NCBI GenBank assembly: GCA_007118495.1
Contig: SKRM01000033.1
Location: 9,201 to 73,200 of the forward strand
Direction of reading: 5' to 3'
DNA: 64,000 bases
Source of the DNA: Bacteroidales bacterium
GTDB taxonomy: Bacteria; Bacteroidota; Bacteroidia; Bacteroidales; UBA7960
The stretch's first letter is position 1, and every line of letters begins with the position of its first letter. Shown here one piece after another: positions 7,592 through 16,720 of the stretch. Under the pieces are notes generated by a model, which worked only from the letters and a program-made list of their open reading frames with translations, was not told the DNA's origin and made no database searches. Position numbers and translations under genes: made by a program.

Positions 7592-10567
7592 TCAACGGTT
7601 GCGTATTTTCGTCAAATACCCTACTGAAGGCAGGGTATGCAATTCTTCAAGCAGGTGGTAATTTCTTGCATCTTTGATCAATCGGGCCACCCGTGAATCT
7701 TTTTGATTTAAATCACCAAACACCAGTGCACCTGATGGACAAGACTGTACACATGCCGGGACAATATCACCATCATTAAGATGTCTTCTTTCTTTCTTTG
7801 CTTTTAATTTTCCATCCTGGATACGCTGTACACAAAAGGAACATTTTTCAACAACACCTCTTTCTCTGACAGTCACATCAGGATTTAATACCATTCTGCC
7901 CATATCACTGTTCATGTGGTAATCAAACCGGTTGTTGTCGGCATAGGCAAACCAGTTGAATCTTCTGACTTTGTATGGGCAATTGTTAATGCAATATTTT
8001 GTTCCGACACAGCGGTTGTATGTGATCTGATTAATGCCTTCAGCACTATGGGTGGTGGCTGACACCGGGCAGACGTTTTCACAGGGAGCGTGATCGCAAT
8101 GCATACACATGACAGGCTGAAAGACAATTCCCGGATTATCTGCTGTGCCATTGTAATAACGATCTATACGCATCCAGTGCATAATCCGGCGCCGTCTTAC
8201 CTCGTCTTTTCCGACTACCGGCACATTGTTTTCGCTTTGGCAGGAGATTACGCATGTAGAGCATCCGGTACAGGCATTCAGGTCGATCATCAGAGCCCAG
8301 TGGTGGCCTTCGTAGATGTTCTCAGGGTATAGTGTAAGCTTGTGCTTTTCATGGTAGGCGTGCAGCTCATTGCCTGCTGCAGGGTCAAGTTTGTAATTGT
8401 CAAGGGTTGATTCTCTGACAATGGCCCTGCCCTCCATAGAGAAATGGGTTTGCGTCCGGGCAAACTGAAAACCGCTGCCTGTCTTTTCCCAGCTTGCAAG
8501 CACGTCACTAAATGGTCTGAAATTGTTTTTGACACCGGTAAGCATAAATGCGTTGTAACCCCTGTTGTCAGCAACTTTACCGGCGTTTGTTCTTCCGTAT
8601 CCTGTAGAAACGGCCATGCATTCATCGGCAATGCCTGGTTGTATAAGCACCGGGGCTTCTACTTTTTCATGGAGTCTGATCACATCACCATCCCTGAGCT
8701 GATGTTTTGAGGCAAAAGCGGGTGATATGGCTATGAAGTTGTCCCAGGTTACAGAAGTAATTGGATCTGGCATTTCCTGCAACCAGGGGTTATTGGCCAT
8801 ATGTCCGTCATGCATAGCCAGATGAGGGTAGATAACCAATTCGGTGCCATCAGCTTGTGAAATCAACTGCCTGATTGCATCTGCAGCTATTGGCAGGCCT
8901 TGATAGTTTGCATTGTATAACCTTGTTGTTTCTGCCTTGCGTTCAAATATGCCCTTCTGCAGGGAGTTTAACCAGAATCCCTGGGTATCACCGTACTCGG
9001 TTTGTAAAGGATAAAGCCTTTCAGTCCAGAAGTTTCGGACGAATGCGTGAAAATCCATATCCGACCCTGTCCATTTCAACAAACTGTCCTGCATTTGCCT
9101 GGTGTTGAAAATAGGATGAATCACAGGTTGTGCCAAACTGTAGCAGCCCTCCTTGAACATGGCATCATTCCATGATTCTAAATAGTGATTATCTGGCAGT
9201 ATGAAGTCGCAGGCTTCAGCGGTTTCATCGCGGGTACCCGAAAAAGAAATACTAAGTGTAAGAGTTTTCAGGGCTTCTGATATAAGTTCTCCTTTTGGAT
9301 GCTGGTATACAGGATTGGAATTGTAAAACATGACGGCCGAATAGGCTCCAGACCTGAGTTCATCGATAAATGATCCGAATGATTCTTCATTTGCCTGGCC
9401 GATCATCAGCTGATTGTCAATGGCAACGGTTTTTCCGTAATTTCCGGCCATCTGGTTTATTGCACAAGTCAGTAGCTGGCAGTTGGGATCATTATAGCCA
9501 CAAACAACCAGCGAATATCCATTGGCTTCAAGTATGTCTGACGCAAGTTGTTTAAGGTCAAATTCAGCATCAGAAATTGTTGTTCCTGCATAGTCATCCT
9601 GCCCCGTTTGCCTGAGCATTTCACCATAAAGGGCTAACAGGAAACGTTTCTCATCAGATGGCTTCAGGACAATCCTGGTATCTGCATTGGCTCCGGTCAG
9701 GCTTACATAAGATTCGAACTGAATATGTCTTGACATATGCGGACTGTCCTTGCTTATCTTGCGTGTCTCGGCGTATTGCTTTGCATATATGGCCGGAGCG
9801 GCCCATGTGCCAAGAAAATCAGCGCCAAAACTTACAATCAGCTTAGCTTTATTGAAATGGTATTGTGGAAATACATTTTCACCAAAAAATCGGATGTGTG
9901 CTTTACGGGTGGCTTCATATGAAATGGCATCCCAGGTGATGACTTCAAGCTCCGGGTGCATGTTTTGCACGTGGCTGATAAGCTGTTGGGTTGCCGGACT
10001 AAGCAGGGTGGATGTTACAAGAGCAGCTCTGCCTCCATTTGCTGAAATATCCCTTAATTTATTAATAATCTCATAGTCTGCCTGTTCCCAGCTGATTTTG
10101 TTTCCGTTTTTGAGGGGGTGGTGATAGCGCGCTCCGTCGTCATAAAGCCCAAGCAACGATGCCTGTGCCCTGGCCGAACTCCCTCCCGTGGTAAGTGAAG
10201 AAAGCTCGTTGCCTTCAATTTTGATAGGTCGCCCATCTCTGTTCTTAACCACCACAGGACAATATTCGTTTCCGTGTTGATAGGTTGTGGCATACCATGC
10301 AGCTTTTCCGGGAGTCAGCTCTTCTGGCTGGGTCAGGTATGGGATGGCCTTTTTAACAGGGTTTTCACAGGCCGATAAGACGGTTGCAGAAAAGAAACTG
10401 ATCCCACACCACTTAAGAAAATCACGGCGTGAAGATGCCTTGTCGTTTTCGTTGTTTGACAAGATTTCTATGGGAGTTGGTGTGCTGGTCAGATCCTCCC
10501 CGCTGCTGGCGGGCGAAGTGCTTTGCTGCAGTTCTTCTAAGCTTTTCCAGTATGTTGTTTTCTTCAT
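7592..10567 (-). CDS. actB: Alternative Complex III subunit ActB (fused molybdopterin-oxidoreductase-like and 4Fe-4S domains)
   Basis: 991 aa with a Tat-type signal (SRRDFLKWCGISFF). The long N-terminal part is CISM/molybdopterin-oxidoreductase-like. The C-terminal part carries ferredoxin cysteine clusters (CTGCSTCVISC, CMHCDHAPCENVCP, CVGTKYCINNCP, CSFC). Confidence 0.9.
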   Translation of the reverse strand: MKKTTYWKSLEELQQSTSPASSGEDLTSTPTPIEILSNNENDKASSRRDFLKWCGISFFSATVLSACENPVKKAIPYLTQPEELTPGKAAWYATTYQHGNEYCPVVVKNRDGRPIKIEGNELSSLTTGGSSARAQASLLGLYDDGARYHHPLKNGNKISWEQADYEIINKLRDISANGGRAALVTSTLLSPATQQLISHVQNMHPELEVITWDAISYEATRKAHIRFFGENVFPQYHFNKAKLIVSFGADFLGTWAAPAIYAKQYAETRKISKDSPHMSRHIQFESYVSLTGANADTRIVLKPSDEKRFLLALYGEMLRQTGQDDYAGTTISDAEFDLKQLASDILEANGYSLVVCGYNDPNCQLLTCAINQMAGNYGKTVAIDNQLMIGQANEESFGSFIDELRSGAYSAVMFYNSNPVYQHPKGELISEALKTLTLSISFSGTRDETAEACDFILPDNHYLESWNDAMFKEGCYSLAQPVIHPIFNTRQMQDSLLKWTGSDMDFHAFVRNFWTERLYPLQTEYGDTQGFWLNSLQKGIFERKAETTRLYNANYQGLPIAADAIRQLISQADGTELVIYPHLAMHDGHMANNPWLQEMPDPITSVTWDNFIAISPAFASKHQLRDGDVIRLHEKVEAPVLIQPGIADECMAVSTGYGRTNAGKVADNRGYNAFMLTGVKNNFRPFSDVLASWEKTGSGFQFARTQTHFSMEGRAIVRESTLDNYKLDPAAGNELHAYHEKHKLTLYPENIYEGHHWALMIDLNACTGCSTCVISCQSENNVPVVGKDEVRRRRIMHWMRIDRYYNGTADNPGIVFQPVMCMHCDHAPCENVCPVSATTHSAEGINQITYNRCVGTKYCINNCPYKVRRFNWFAYADNNRFDYHMNSDMGRMVLNPDVTVRERGVVEKCSFCVQRIQDGKLKAKKERRHLNDGDIVPACVQSCPSGALVFGDLNQKDSRVARLIKDARNYHLLEELHTLPSVGYLTKIRNR

Positions 10568-10598
10568 CTGATATTCGTTGAAAATGGCCTTGATACGA

Positions 10599-11771
10599 TT
10601 AGTAGTGACATTTCATGCAGTCTTCACCACCCAATTCGGCAGCGGTAACGGCATCCAGCTCACCGTTTAGCATGAGTTCCTGTAACCTGGCAAATATCTC
10701 ATAATATGGATTGGCAGTAAAATCGACATGGGTGTCGCGGTGACAACTCAGACACCAACCCATCGAAAGATCTTCTTCTTGTCGAATCAGGTGCATGGTT
10801 TCAACCGGACCATGGCAGCTCTGGCATTCAATATTTGCTACATTAACATGTTGTGCATGATTAAAAAAGCTGTGGTCAGGCAGTTTGTGAACGCGGATCC
10901 AGCTTATGGGTTGTCCGCTTTCGTGGGCCTGATGAATTTTGTTGATCTCAAAGCGGCCCGAAAGACTTCCTTCTCTGATCACATTGTGACAGTTCAGACA
11001 GGTTTCATTTGAAGGAATGCCTCCGCTTAGGCTGAAACGGCTGATGCTATGGCAATACTGACAATCAATTTCGTTTTCACCTGCGTGAATGAGGTGTGAG
11101 AATTTGATGGGTTGGTCAGGTGCATAACCTTGTGTGCGACCAAGGTTGCGGCTTTCGGCCACAGCATATTGCATATGGACAACCAGTCCGACCACAATAA
11201 TGAGGACATGGGGTATTTTAGAACGGATTTTTTTCGTAAGGAGCATATCCAACAGGGCGAGAGCCATCAAAAGGCCCAGACCCCAGAAAATAATGGCATT
11301 GACTGGTACTGCCTTGAGTTCACCGGGTCCTTGCCTGGCAACTTCCCATAGATAAGCATGTAATAAATGCTCTTCCTGAGCTGTAACCGACATCCCCTGG
11401 TGATCTTCAATCATCCTGGTGCCCAGTGGCATGGCAAGTTTTTCACGGATACTGTAATCTTCTTCATTCATCCATGTAATGGCCAAATCATAAGCAGAAG
11501 GATTCCAGTTTATGGTATCAGGCAAACTTGTGTAGTGGCATGAAGCGCAATCGTGAAGGCCACTGGCAAAAGGCATCAGCCCTTTAAACAGACGTTCTCC
11601 TTTCCGGAGGTCGTCTCTCGAAAAATGTATTGAATCTTGAGGGTTTTCGTCATGGCTGGCCATGATAAAAGATGAAAGGCTTAAAAACCCGGTCAGAACA
11701 AATACTGACAGAATGCAGGCCGTTGTGGTGGAAAACTTTCGGGATTTTCCGGCTTTTCTCAGATTGTGCAT
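10599..11771 (-). CDS. actA: Alternative Complex III subunit ActA, multihaem cytochrome c (six CXXCH motifs)
   Basis: 390 aa with CASCH, CQYCH, CLNCH, CQSCH, CLSCH and CMKCH. It has three hydrophobic segments and is the first gene of the act cluster. Confidence 0.85.
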   Translation of the reverse strand: MHNLRKAGKSRKFSTTTACILSVFVLTGFLSLSSFIMASHDENPQDSIHFSRDDLRKGERLFKGLMPFASGLHDCASCHYTSLPDTINWNPSAYDLAITWMNEEDYSIREKLAMPLGTRMIEDHQGMSVTAQEEHLLHAYLWEVARQGPGELKAVPVNAIIFWGLGLLMALALLDMLLTKKIRSKIPHVLIIVVGLVVHMQYAVAESRNLGRTQGYAPDQPIKFSHLIHAGENEIDCQYCHSISRFSLSGGIPSNETCLNCHNVIREGSLSGRFEINKIHQAHESGQPISWIRVHKLPDHSFFNHAQHVNVANIECQSCHGPVETMHLIRQEEDLSMGWCLSCHRDTHVDFTANPYYEIFARLQELMLNGELDAVTAAELGGEDCMKCHY

Positions 11772-12137
11772 GATGTAATATTGTTTTTAAGCTGCAGTTT
11801 GTATAAACCCTTAATAAAGTAAAATAGATATATATATACGTTTCAAAGAGCATACGATACCTCCATTTTAATTTAGTGGATTTTGAATGCCGGGGTTGGA
11901 GGTGTCAGGGTAAAATTAGAAAAAAAACATATCTATGCAACAGAATTGCATAATTCAGAATGTTTCAAAATAAAAGTAAGGGTGTTGGTCGGGCTAAAAT
12001 CTACTGTTGGCGGGTAAAGCAATAAAAGCATCTGCAGAACAGCAATAATTAAAACACTTGTATGACTTCGCTTTTTACGCATGTTGGAACCGTATGACGT
12101 AAAAAATTTGTTCTTTTGTACAATGTATTTTTGAACC

Positions 12138-14117
12138 ATGAGAATTCAGTCACATTCAGAAGAGTGCCGCATTCAATCAACCGTATTGGTGTTGTCTTCA
12201 GATACTTCCTGGCAAGCAGACCTTCATGCAGGTTTGGTAAAGCATGGACTGAGCGTCAAATCTTTTTATTCTGTTACTGAGGTTAATCAATGGATAAAGC
12301 AGGAGCGCAGCGAAATAGCAGTGTGTCTGGTTGATGAGAACTTTAGTGATATGCATGGTGAAGACACCATCGGCTATTTACAGAGAGGCGGGTTTCGACC
12401 TGATGCCCTGATCATGTTCAGGCAGGAGCATTCATTCGGGGAGATTGAACATGGGATTGATACGGATAGGTTAATATTGCCGCGAGAAAGGCTCACCATT
12501 GAATTGCTTCCCATTATCTGTGAGCAAATGATCTGCCGTATTCATGCTGAGCTGAGGCTCTCATATGAAGTATCAGGTGAGGCTGACAAGTTGATCAGCG
12601 AACGGATTCGTCTGATTGACCTCCACTCAGCCGAGATCATTACCAGACAAAAATGGGACAGGACACTATTATACGCGTCGCAGGCCTGCAAGACAATCCT
12701 TGGTTATGAGCCGGAAGAAATTACGGGAAAATCACTTTACAGAATTATTCACCCTGATGATGTGCCCAAAATAAGAGAGAATCACGTCCGGTTTATTGAA
12801 ACCAGGACAAGGATCTTTAATGAGGTTTGCCGGATGCGATGCCACGATGGACGCTATGTCTGGATAGAGTCTGCATGCCGGGTCATATACAACACCGAAA
12901 CAGGGTTGGCCGATGAAATTATAAGTGTAAGCAGAGATATTACCGACAGGCAGGAGATGGAGGAGCTTACAAAGACAACCAAGCTGGCTGAACAGGCCAA
13001 TAAGACCAAATCAGAATTTCTGGCCAACATGAGTCATGAGATCAGAAATCCGCTGAGTGCTGTAATCGGAATGGCCAAAACCCTTGAAAAAACGAGTCTT
13101 GATGAAGAGCAAAAGGGTTATCTGAAATCAATCATTATCGCTTCAAGCAACCTGATGACCATTTTGAATGATATCCTCGACTATGCCAAAATAGAATCAA
13201 AAAAAATGGAAGTGGTTTATCACCATTTCAACATAAGAGATATGGTTAATGAGCTGGTCAGAATACATGAGTTACAGGCAGATGAAAATAACAATAAACT
13301 GTCAGCACAAGTTGAGAAAGGGATGCCTGAAACCATTTATGCAGACAAACAGAAGATAGAACAGGTTCTCCACAACTTACTTAGCAATGCCAATAAATTT
13401 ACAACCAATGGTAAGGTCAGGGTCTCGCTTGAACTGAGGCGGGCTGCAGGTGAGGGGAACTCTATCAATTTTAAGGTTGAGGATACCGGGATAGGTGTTC
13501 GAAAAGAAGATATCCCCGGTCTGTTTGTTTCATTTCAACAGCGCGATGTTTCTGCAAAAAAAGAATATCAGGGCACCGGTCTTGGACTTAGTATTGCAAA
13601 GAAACTTGTCGATTTAATGGGTGGAGAGCTTGATTTTACAAGTGAGCCAGGAAAGGGAAGTACTGTCTCATTTCAGATTCCCCTGATGGAGTATACTGAA
13701 CAACCAGATGGAAAAATACAGAAAGAGTCACCTCAGGGTGCGGACAAGTTGTTGCGGATACTGGTTGTTGAAGACGATGCTATCAATCAATTATACCTGG
13801 CCGGCTTTTTGCGTTCAAAAGGCTGGGACGTGGATACTGCCTATAATGGCCTTGCTGCATTAGACCTGTTTGAACCTGGCAAGTATGACCTGATACTTAT
13901 GGATGGTCAAATGCCCAGAATGGACGGTTTTGAGACAACCCGGCAAATCAGAAAATTAGAAGATCCAAACAGCAGAACCCCCATTATCGCCATATCTGGT
14001 TATGCCATTCCGGGTGATAAAGATCGCTTTCTTGAGGTGGGCATGGACGAATACCTGTCAAAGCCCATAGATGAGAATCAACTGCTTGAGGTTATTACAA
14101 GACTCGCAGCGGGCTAA
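12138..14117 (+). CDS. hybrid sensor histidine kinase/response regulator with PAS domain
   Basis: Receiver-like N-terminus, PAS region, HisKA H-box (SHEIRNPL), HATPase_c (GTGLGLSIAKKLV) and a C-terminal receiver (ILVVEDD...LILMDGQMPRMDG...KP). Confidence 0.9.
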   Translation: MRIQSHSEECRIQSTVLVLSSDTSWQADLHAGLVKHGLSVKSFYSVTEVNQWIKQERSEIAVCLVDENFSDMHGEDTIGYLQRGGFRPDALIMFRQEHSFGEIEHGIDTDRLILPRERLTIELLPIICEQMICRIHAELRLSYEVSGEADKLISERIRLIDLHSAEIITRQKWDRTLLYASQACKTILGYEPEEITGKSLYRIIHPDDVPKIRENHVRFIETRTRIFNEVCRMRCHDGRYVWIESACRVIYNTETGLADEIISVSRDITDRQEMEELTKTTKLAEQANKTKSEFLANMSHEIRNPLSAVIGMAKTLEKTSLDEEQKGYLKSIIIASSNLMTILNDILDYAKIESKKMEVVYHHFNIRDMVNELVRIHELQADENNNKLSAQVEKGMPETIYADKQKIEQVLHNLLSNANKFTTNGKVRVSLELRRAAGEGNSINFKVEDTGIGVRKEDIPGLFVSFQQRDVSAKKEYQGTGLGLSIAKKLVDLMGGELDFTSEPGKGSTVSFQIPLMEYTEQPDGKIQKESPQGADKLLRILVVEDDAINQLYLAGFLRSKGWDVDTAYNGLAALDLFEPGKYDLILMDGQMPRMDGFETTRQIRKLEDPNSRTPIIAISGYAIPGDKDRFLEVGMDEYLSKPIDENQLLEVITRLAAG

Positions 14118-14138
14118 TGTCATTTGTGGGCCATGTGA

Positions 14139-15329
14139 CTAGGTAAGGATGGCGCTGATGCCTGGCAGGGTCTTGCCTTCCATGTATTCAAGTAAAGCAC
14201 CTCCTCCGGTACTAACGTAGCTGACCTTTTTTTCCAATCCAAACTGATTTATGGCGGCAACAGAATCACCGCCACCTACCAATGAGAAAGCGCCATTTTC
14301 AGTGGCTTTTACCATGGCTCTGGCAATGGCTTTTGTGCCACCCGAAAATGCAGCCATTTCAAACACACCCATAGGGCCATTCCATAATATGGTTTTTGAC
14401 TTTTCAATGATAGCAGAAAACCTGGCGATGCTTTCAGGGCCAATGTCCAAACCAAGCCATCCATCAGGAATGGCCGATGCATCAGCAACCTTCGTATTTG
14501 CAACCTCAGAGAAACTGTCAGCAAGCAAGACGTCTTGCGGAATATGTAACCTGACACCTTTTTGCCTGGCCGATGCCATGATTTGCCTGGCGGTATCAAG
14601 GTAGTCATTTTCGCACATGCTGTTTCCGATCTTTCCACCGGCAGCCTTTATAAAGGTAAACATCATACCGCCTCCGATAATGAGTTCATCTGCCTTGTCA
14701 AGCAGGTTGTCAATGATCTCTATCTTGGTGCTTACTTTAGCTCCCCCTATGATAGCCACATAAGGCTTTTTGGTGTCATGCAGTACTTTGTCAATGCTTT
14801 TCAGCTCACTTTCCATAATGTAGCCAAACATTTTGTCGGCTTTGAAAAACCGGGCGATGATGGTAGTGGAAGCATGGGCGCGGTGTGCGGTGCCAAACGC
14901 ATCGTTAATGTATACATCAGCCAATTTTGCAAGCTTTTCTGCAAAGGCTTCGTCTCCCTTGGTTTCTTCTTTGTAAAACCTCAGATTCTCCAGAAGCAAA
15001 ACCTCACCTGGCTTCAGGGAATCAGACAATTCTCTGGCCTGCTCGCCAACGCAGTCGTTGGCAAACTTAATATCTGTGCCAAGCAGTTTACTTAAGTGTC
15101 CCTTTAGGTGACGAAGTGAGAACTTGTCTTCAGGTCCTTCTTTTGGTCGTCCCAAGTGTGACATGAGTATGGCCGATCCGCCACCTTCAATTACTTTGCG
15201 AATGGTGGGTATGGCTGCCCTGATTCTTGAGTCGTCGGTAATCTCCTGCCTATCACTTAAGGGCACATTGAAGTCAACGCGAATAATGGCCCTTTTCCCT
15301 GCAAAACTGTACTGTTCAATGGTTTTCAT
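14139..15329 (-). CDS. pgk: phosphoglycerate kinase
   Basis: 396 aa with an N-terminal RVDFNVPL motif and full-length PGK architecture. Confidence 0.97.
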   Translation of the reverse strand: MKTIEQYSFAGKRAIIRVDFNVPLSDRQEITDDSRIRAAIPTIRKVIEGGGSAILMSHLGRPKEGPEDKFSLRHLKGHLSKLLGTDIKFANDCVGEQARELSDSLKPGEVLLLENLRFYKEETKGDEAFAEKLAKLADVYINDAFGTAHRAHASTTIIARFFKADKMFGYIMESELKSIDKVLHDTKKPYVAIIGGAKVSTKIEIIDNLLDKADELIIGGGMMFTFIKAAGGKIGNSMCENDYLDTARQIMASARQKGVRLHIPQDVLLADSFSEVANTKVADASAIPDGWLGLDIGPESIARFSAIIEKSKTILWNGPMGVFEMAAFSGGTKAIARAMVKATENGAFSLVGGGDSVAAINQFGLEKKVSYVSTGGGALLEYMEGKTLPGISAILT

Positions 15330-15379
15330 TTAAAGATAGTTTTTAATCGCCTAATAATATATATATTTAAACAAAATAG

Positions 15380-15409
15380 AATATTTTAAGCATAAAAACT
15401 TAAAATATT
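15380..15409. repeat. perfect 11-bp inverted repeat AATATTTTAAG-N8-CTTAAAATATT in the pgk/aminotransferase divergent intergenic region
   Basis: Read directly from the sequence. Arms are 15380-15390 and 15399-15409, with an (AT)5 tract 13 nt away at 15358-15367. Confidence 0.6.
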
Positions 15410-15562
15410 AAATAAAGAAGATTGGACATCGAAAAAAAACACTATTTTTGAATGCCCTGTTCAGTGTATAAAATTACAATATTTTTTGGCTTATTAAGTT
15501 TAAGCAGATAGCAGATATTATTGAAACGCGGTTTTATTTTTATACGAGAAAAAATACCATTA

Positions 15563-16720
15563 ATGAATCAGTATCCCGATAGCATATCCAGCAAACTCCC
15601 CAATTTGGGTACTTCCATATTCGCGGTCATGACCAAAATGGCTGAAGAACATAAGGCCATAAATTTGTCACAGGGGTTTCCTGACTTTGAAGTTTCACCA
15701 GCCCTTATTGATGCAGTGTGCCTGCATATGAGAGAGGGAAGGAATCAATATGCTCCAATGCCCGGAATACTCAGGTTGCGTGAAGCCATTTCGGCAAATA
15801 CAAAAAGCGTATATGATGCTGTATATGATCCTGAAAAGGAAATTACCATCACCCCTGGTGCTACACAAGCCATTTACGCAGCCATCACAGCCTTTGTGAG
15901 AGAAGAGGACGAAGTGATTGTTTTTGAACCTGCATATGACAGTTATGTTCCTGCAATCAGACTAAACGGGGCGACACCCATATCATACAAATTGAACCCA
16001 CCCGACTTTCACATTGACTGGGAACAGGTCAGGCATCTGGTCAGTAACCGGACCAAGATGATCATCATTAATTCACCTCACAACCCCACCGGCAGTGTGC
16101 TGAACAATGAAGATATGGTCGAATTGGAAAGGATCGTCAACAATACCGGCATCATTGTTCTGAGCGATGAAGTATATGAACATATTATATTCGACGAACA
16201 TCGACATGTAAGTGTTTGCAATTATCCCGCCCTGGCCCAGCGATCATTTGTGGTTTTTTCATTCGGCAAGACATTCCATGCCACCGGATGGAAAACAGGC
16301 TATTGTATGGCTCCTGAAAATCTGATGAGAGAGTTCAGGAAAACCCACCAGTTCATGGTCTTTTGTACAAACACACCGGTTCAACATGCCCTGGCAGACT
16401 TTTTAAGTGATCCTGCCAACCTGAAAGGATTGGGGGCATTTTACCAGAAAAAACGTGACTTCTTTCTTGATGCAGTTTCCGGGTCAAGATTTACCGGGAT
16501 TCCGGCGTCCGGCACCTACTTCCAGCTTCTGAACTATGAAAATATCAGTGAGCTGGACGAAATGGAGTTTGCCTCCTGGCTGGTAAAAGAGCACAAAATT
16601 GCAGCTGTGCCTGTGTCGGCATTTTACAGCAAGACAATCAATAATCGCATGCTCAGGTTTTGTTTTGCCAAATCTGAAGAAACTTTAAAAAAAGCAGCAG
16701 ACATTTTATGCAGCATCTGA
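15563..16720 (+). CDS. class I/II pyridoxal-phosphate aminotransferase (YbdL/methionine or glutamine-transaminase-like)
   Basis: About 385 aa from the ATG at 15563; the track ORF starts at an upstream TTG. It has the typical fold-type I aminotransferase layout with an SFGKTF lysine motif. Confidence 0.85.
   Translation: MNQYPDSISSKLPNLGTSIFAVMTKMAEEHKAINLSQGFPDFEVSPALIDAVCLHMREGRNQYAPMPGILRLREAISANTKSVYDAVYDPEKEITITPGATQAIYAAITAFVREEDEVIVFEPAYDSYVPAIRLNGATPISYKLNPPDFHIDWEQVRHLVSNRTKMIIINSPHNPTGSVLNNEDMVELERIVNNTGIIVLSDEVYEHIIFDEHRHVSVCNYPALAQRSFVVFSFGKTFHATGWKTGYCMAPENLMREFRKTHQFMVFCTNTPVQHALADFLSDPANLKGLGAFYQKKRDFFLDAVSGSRFTGIPASGTYFQLLNYENISELDEMEFASWLVKEHKIAAVPVSAFYSKTINNRMLRFCFAKSEETLKKAADILCSI

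Noticed and set aside
11828-11838. Short (TA)5 dinucleotide tracts upstream of actA (11828-11838) and pgk (15358-15367), considered as possible phase-variation repeats.
   Set aside because: Five units is below the length at which slipped-strand phase variation is usually seen, and the surrounding intergenic DNA is generally AT-rich. They are noted only as context.
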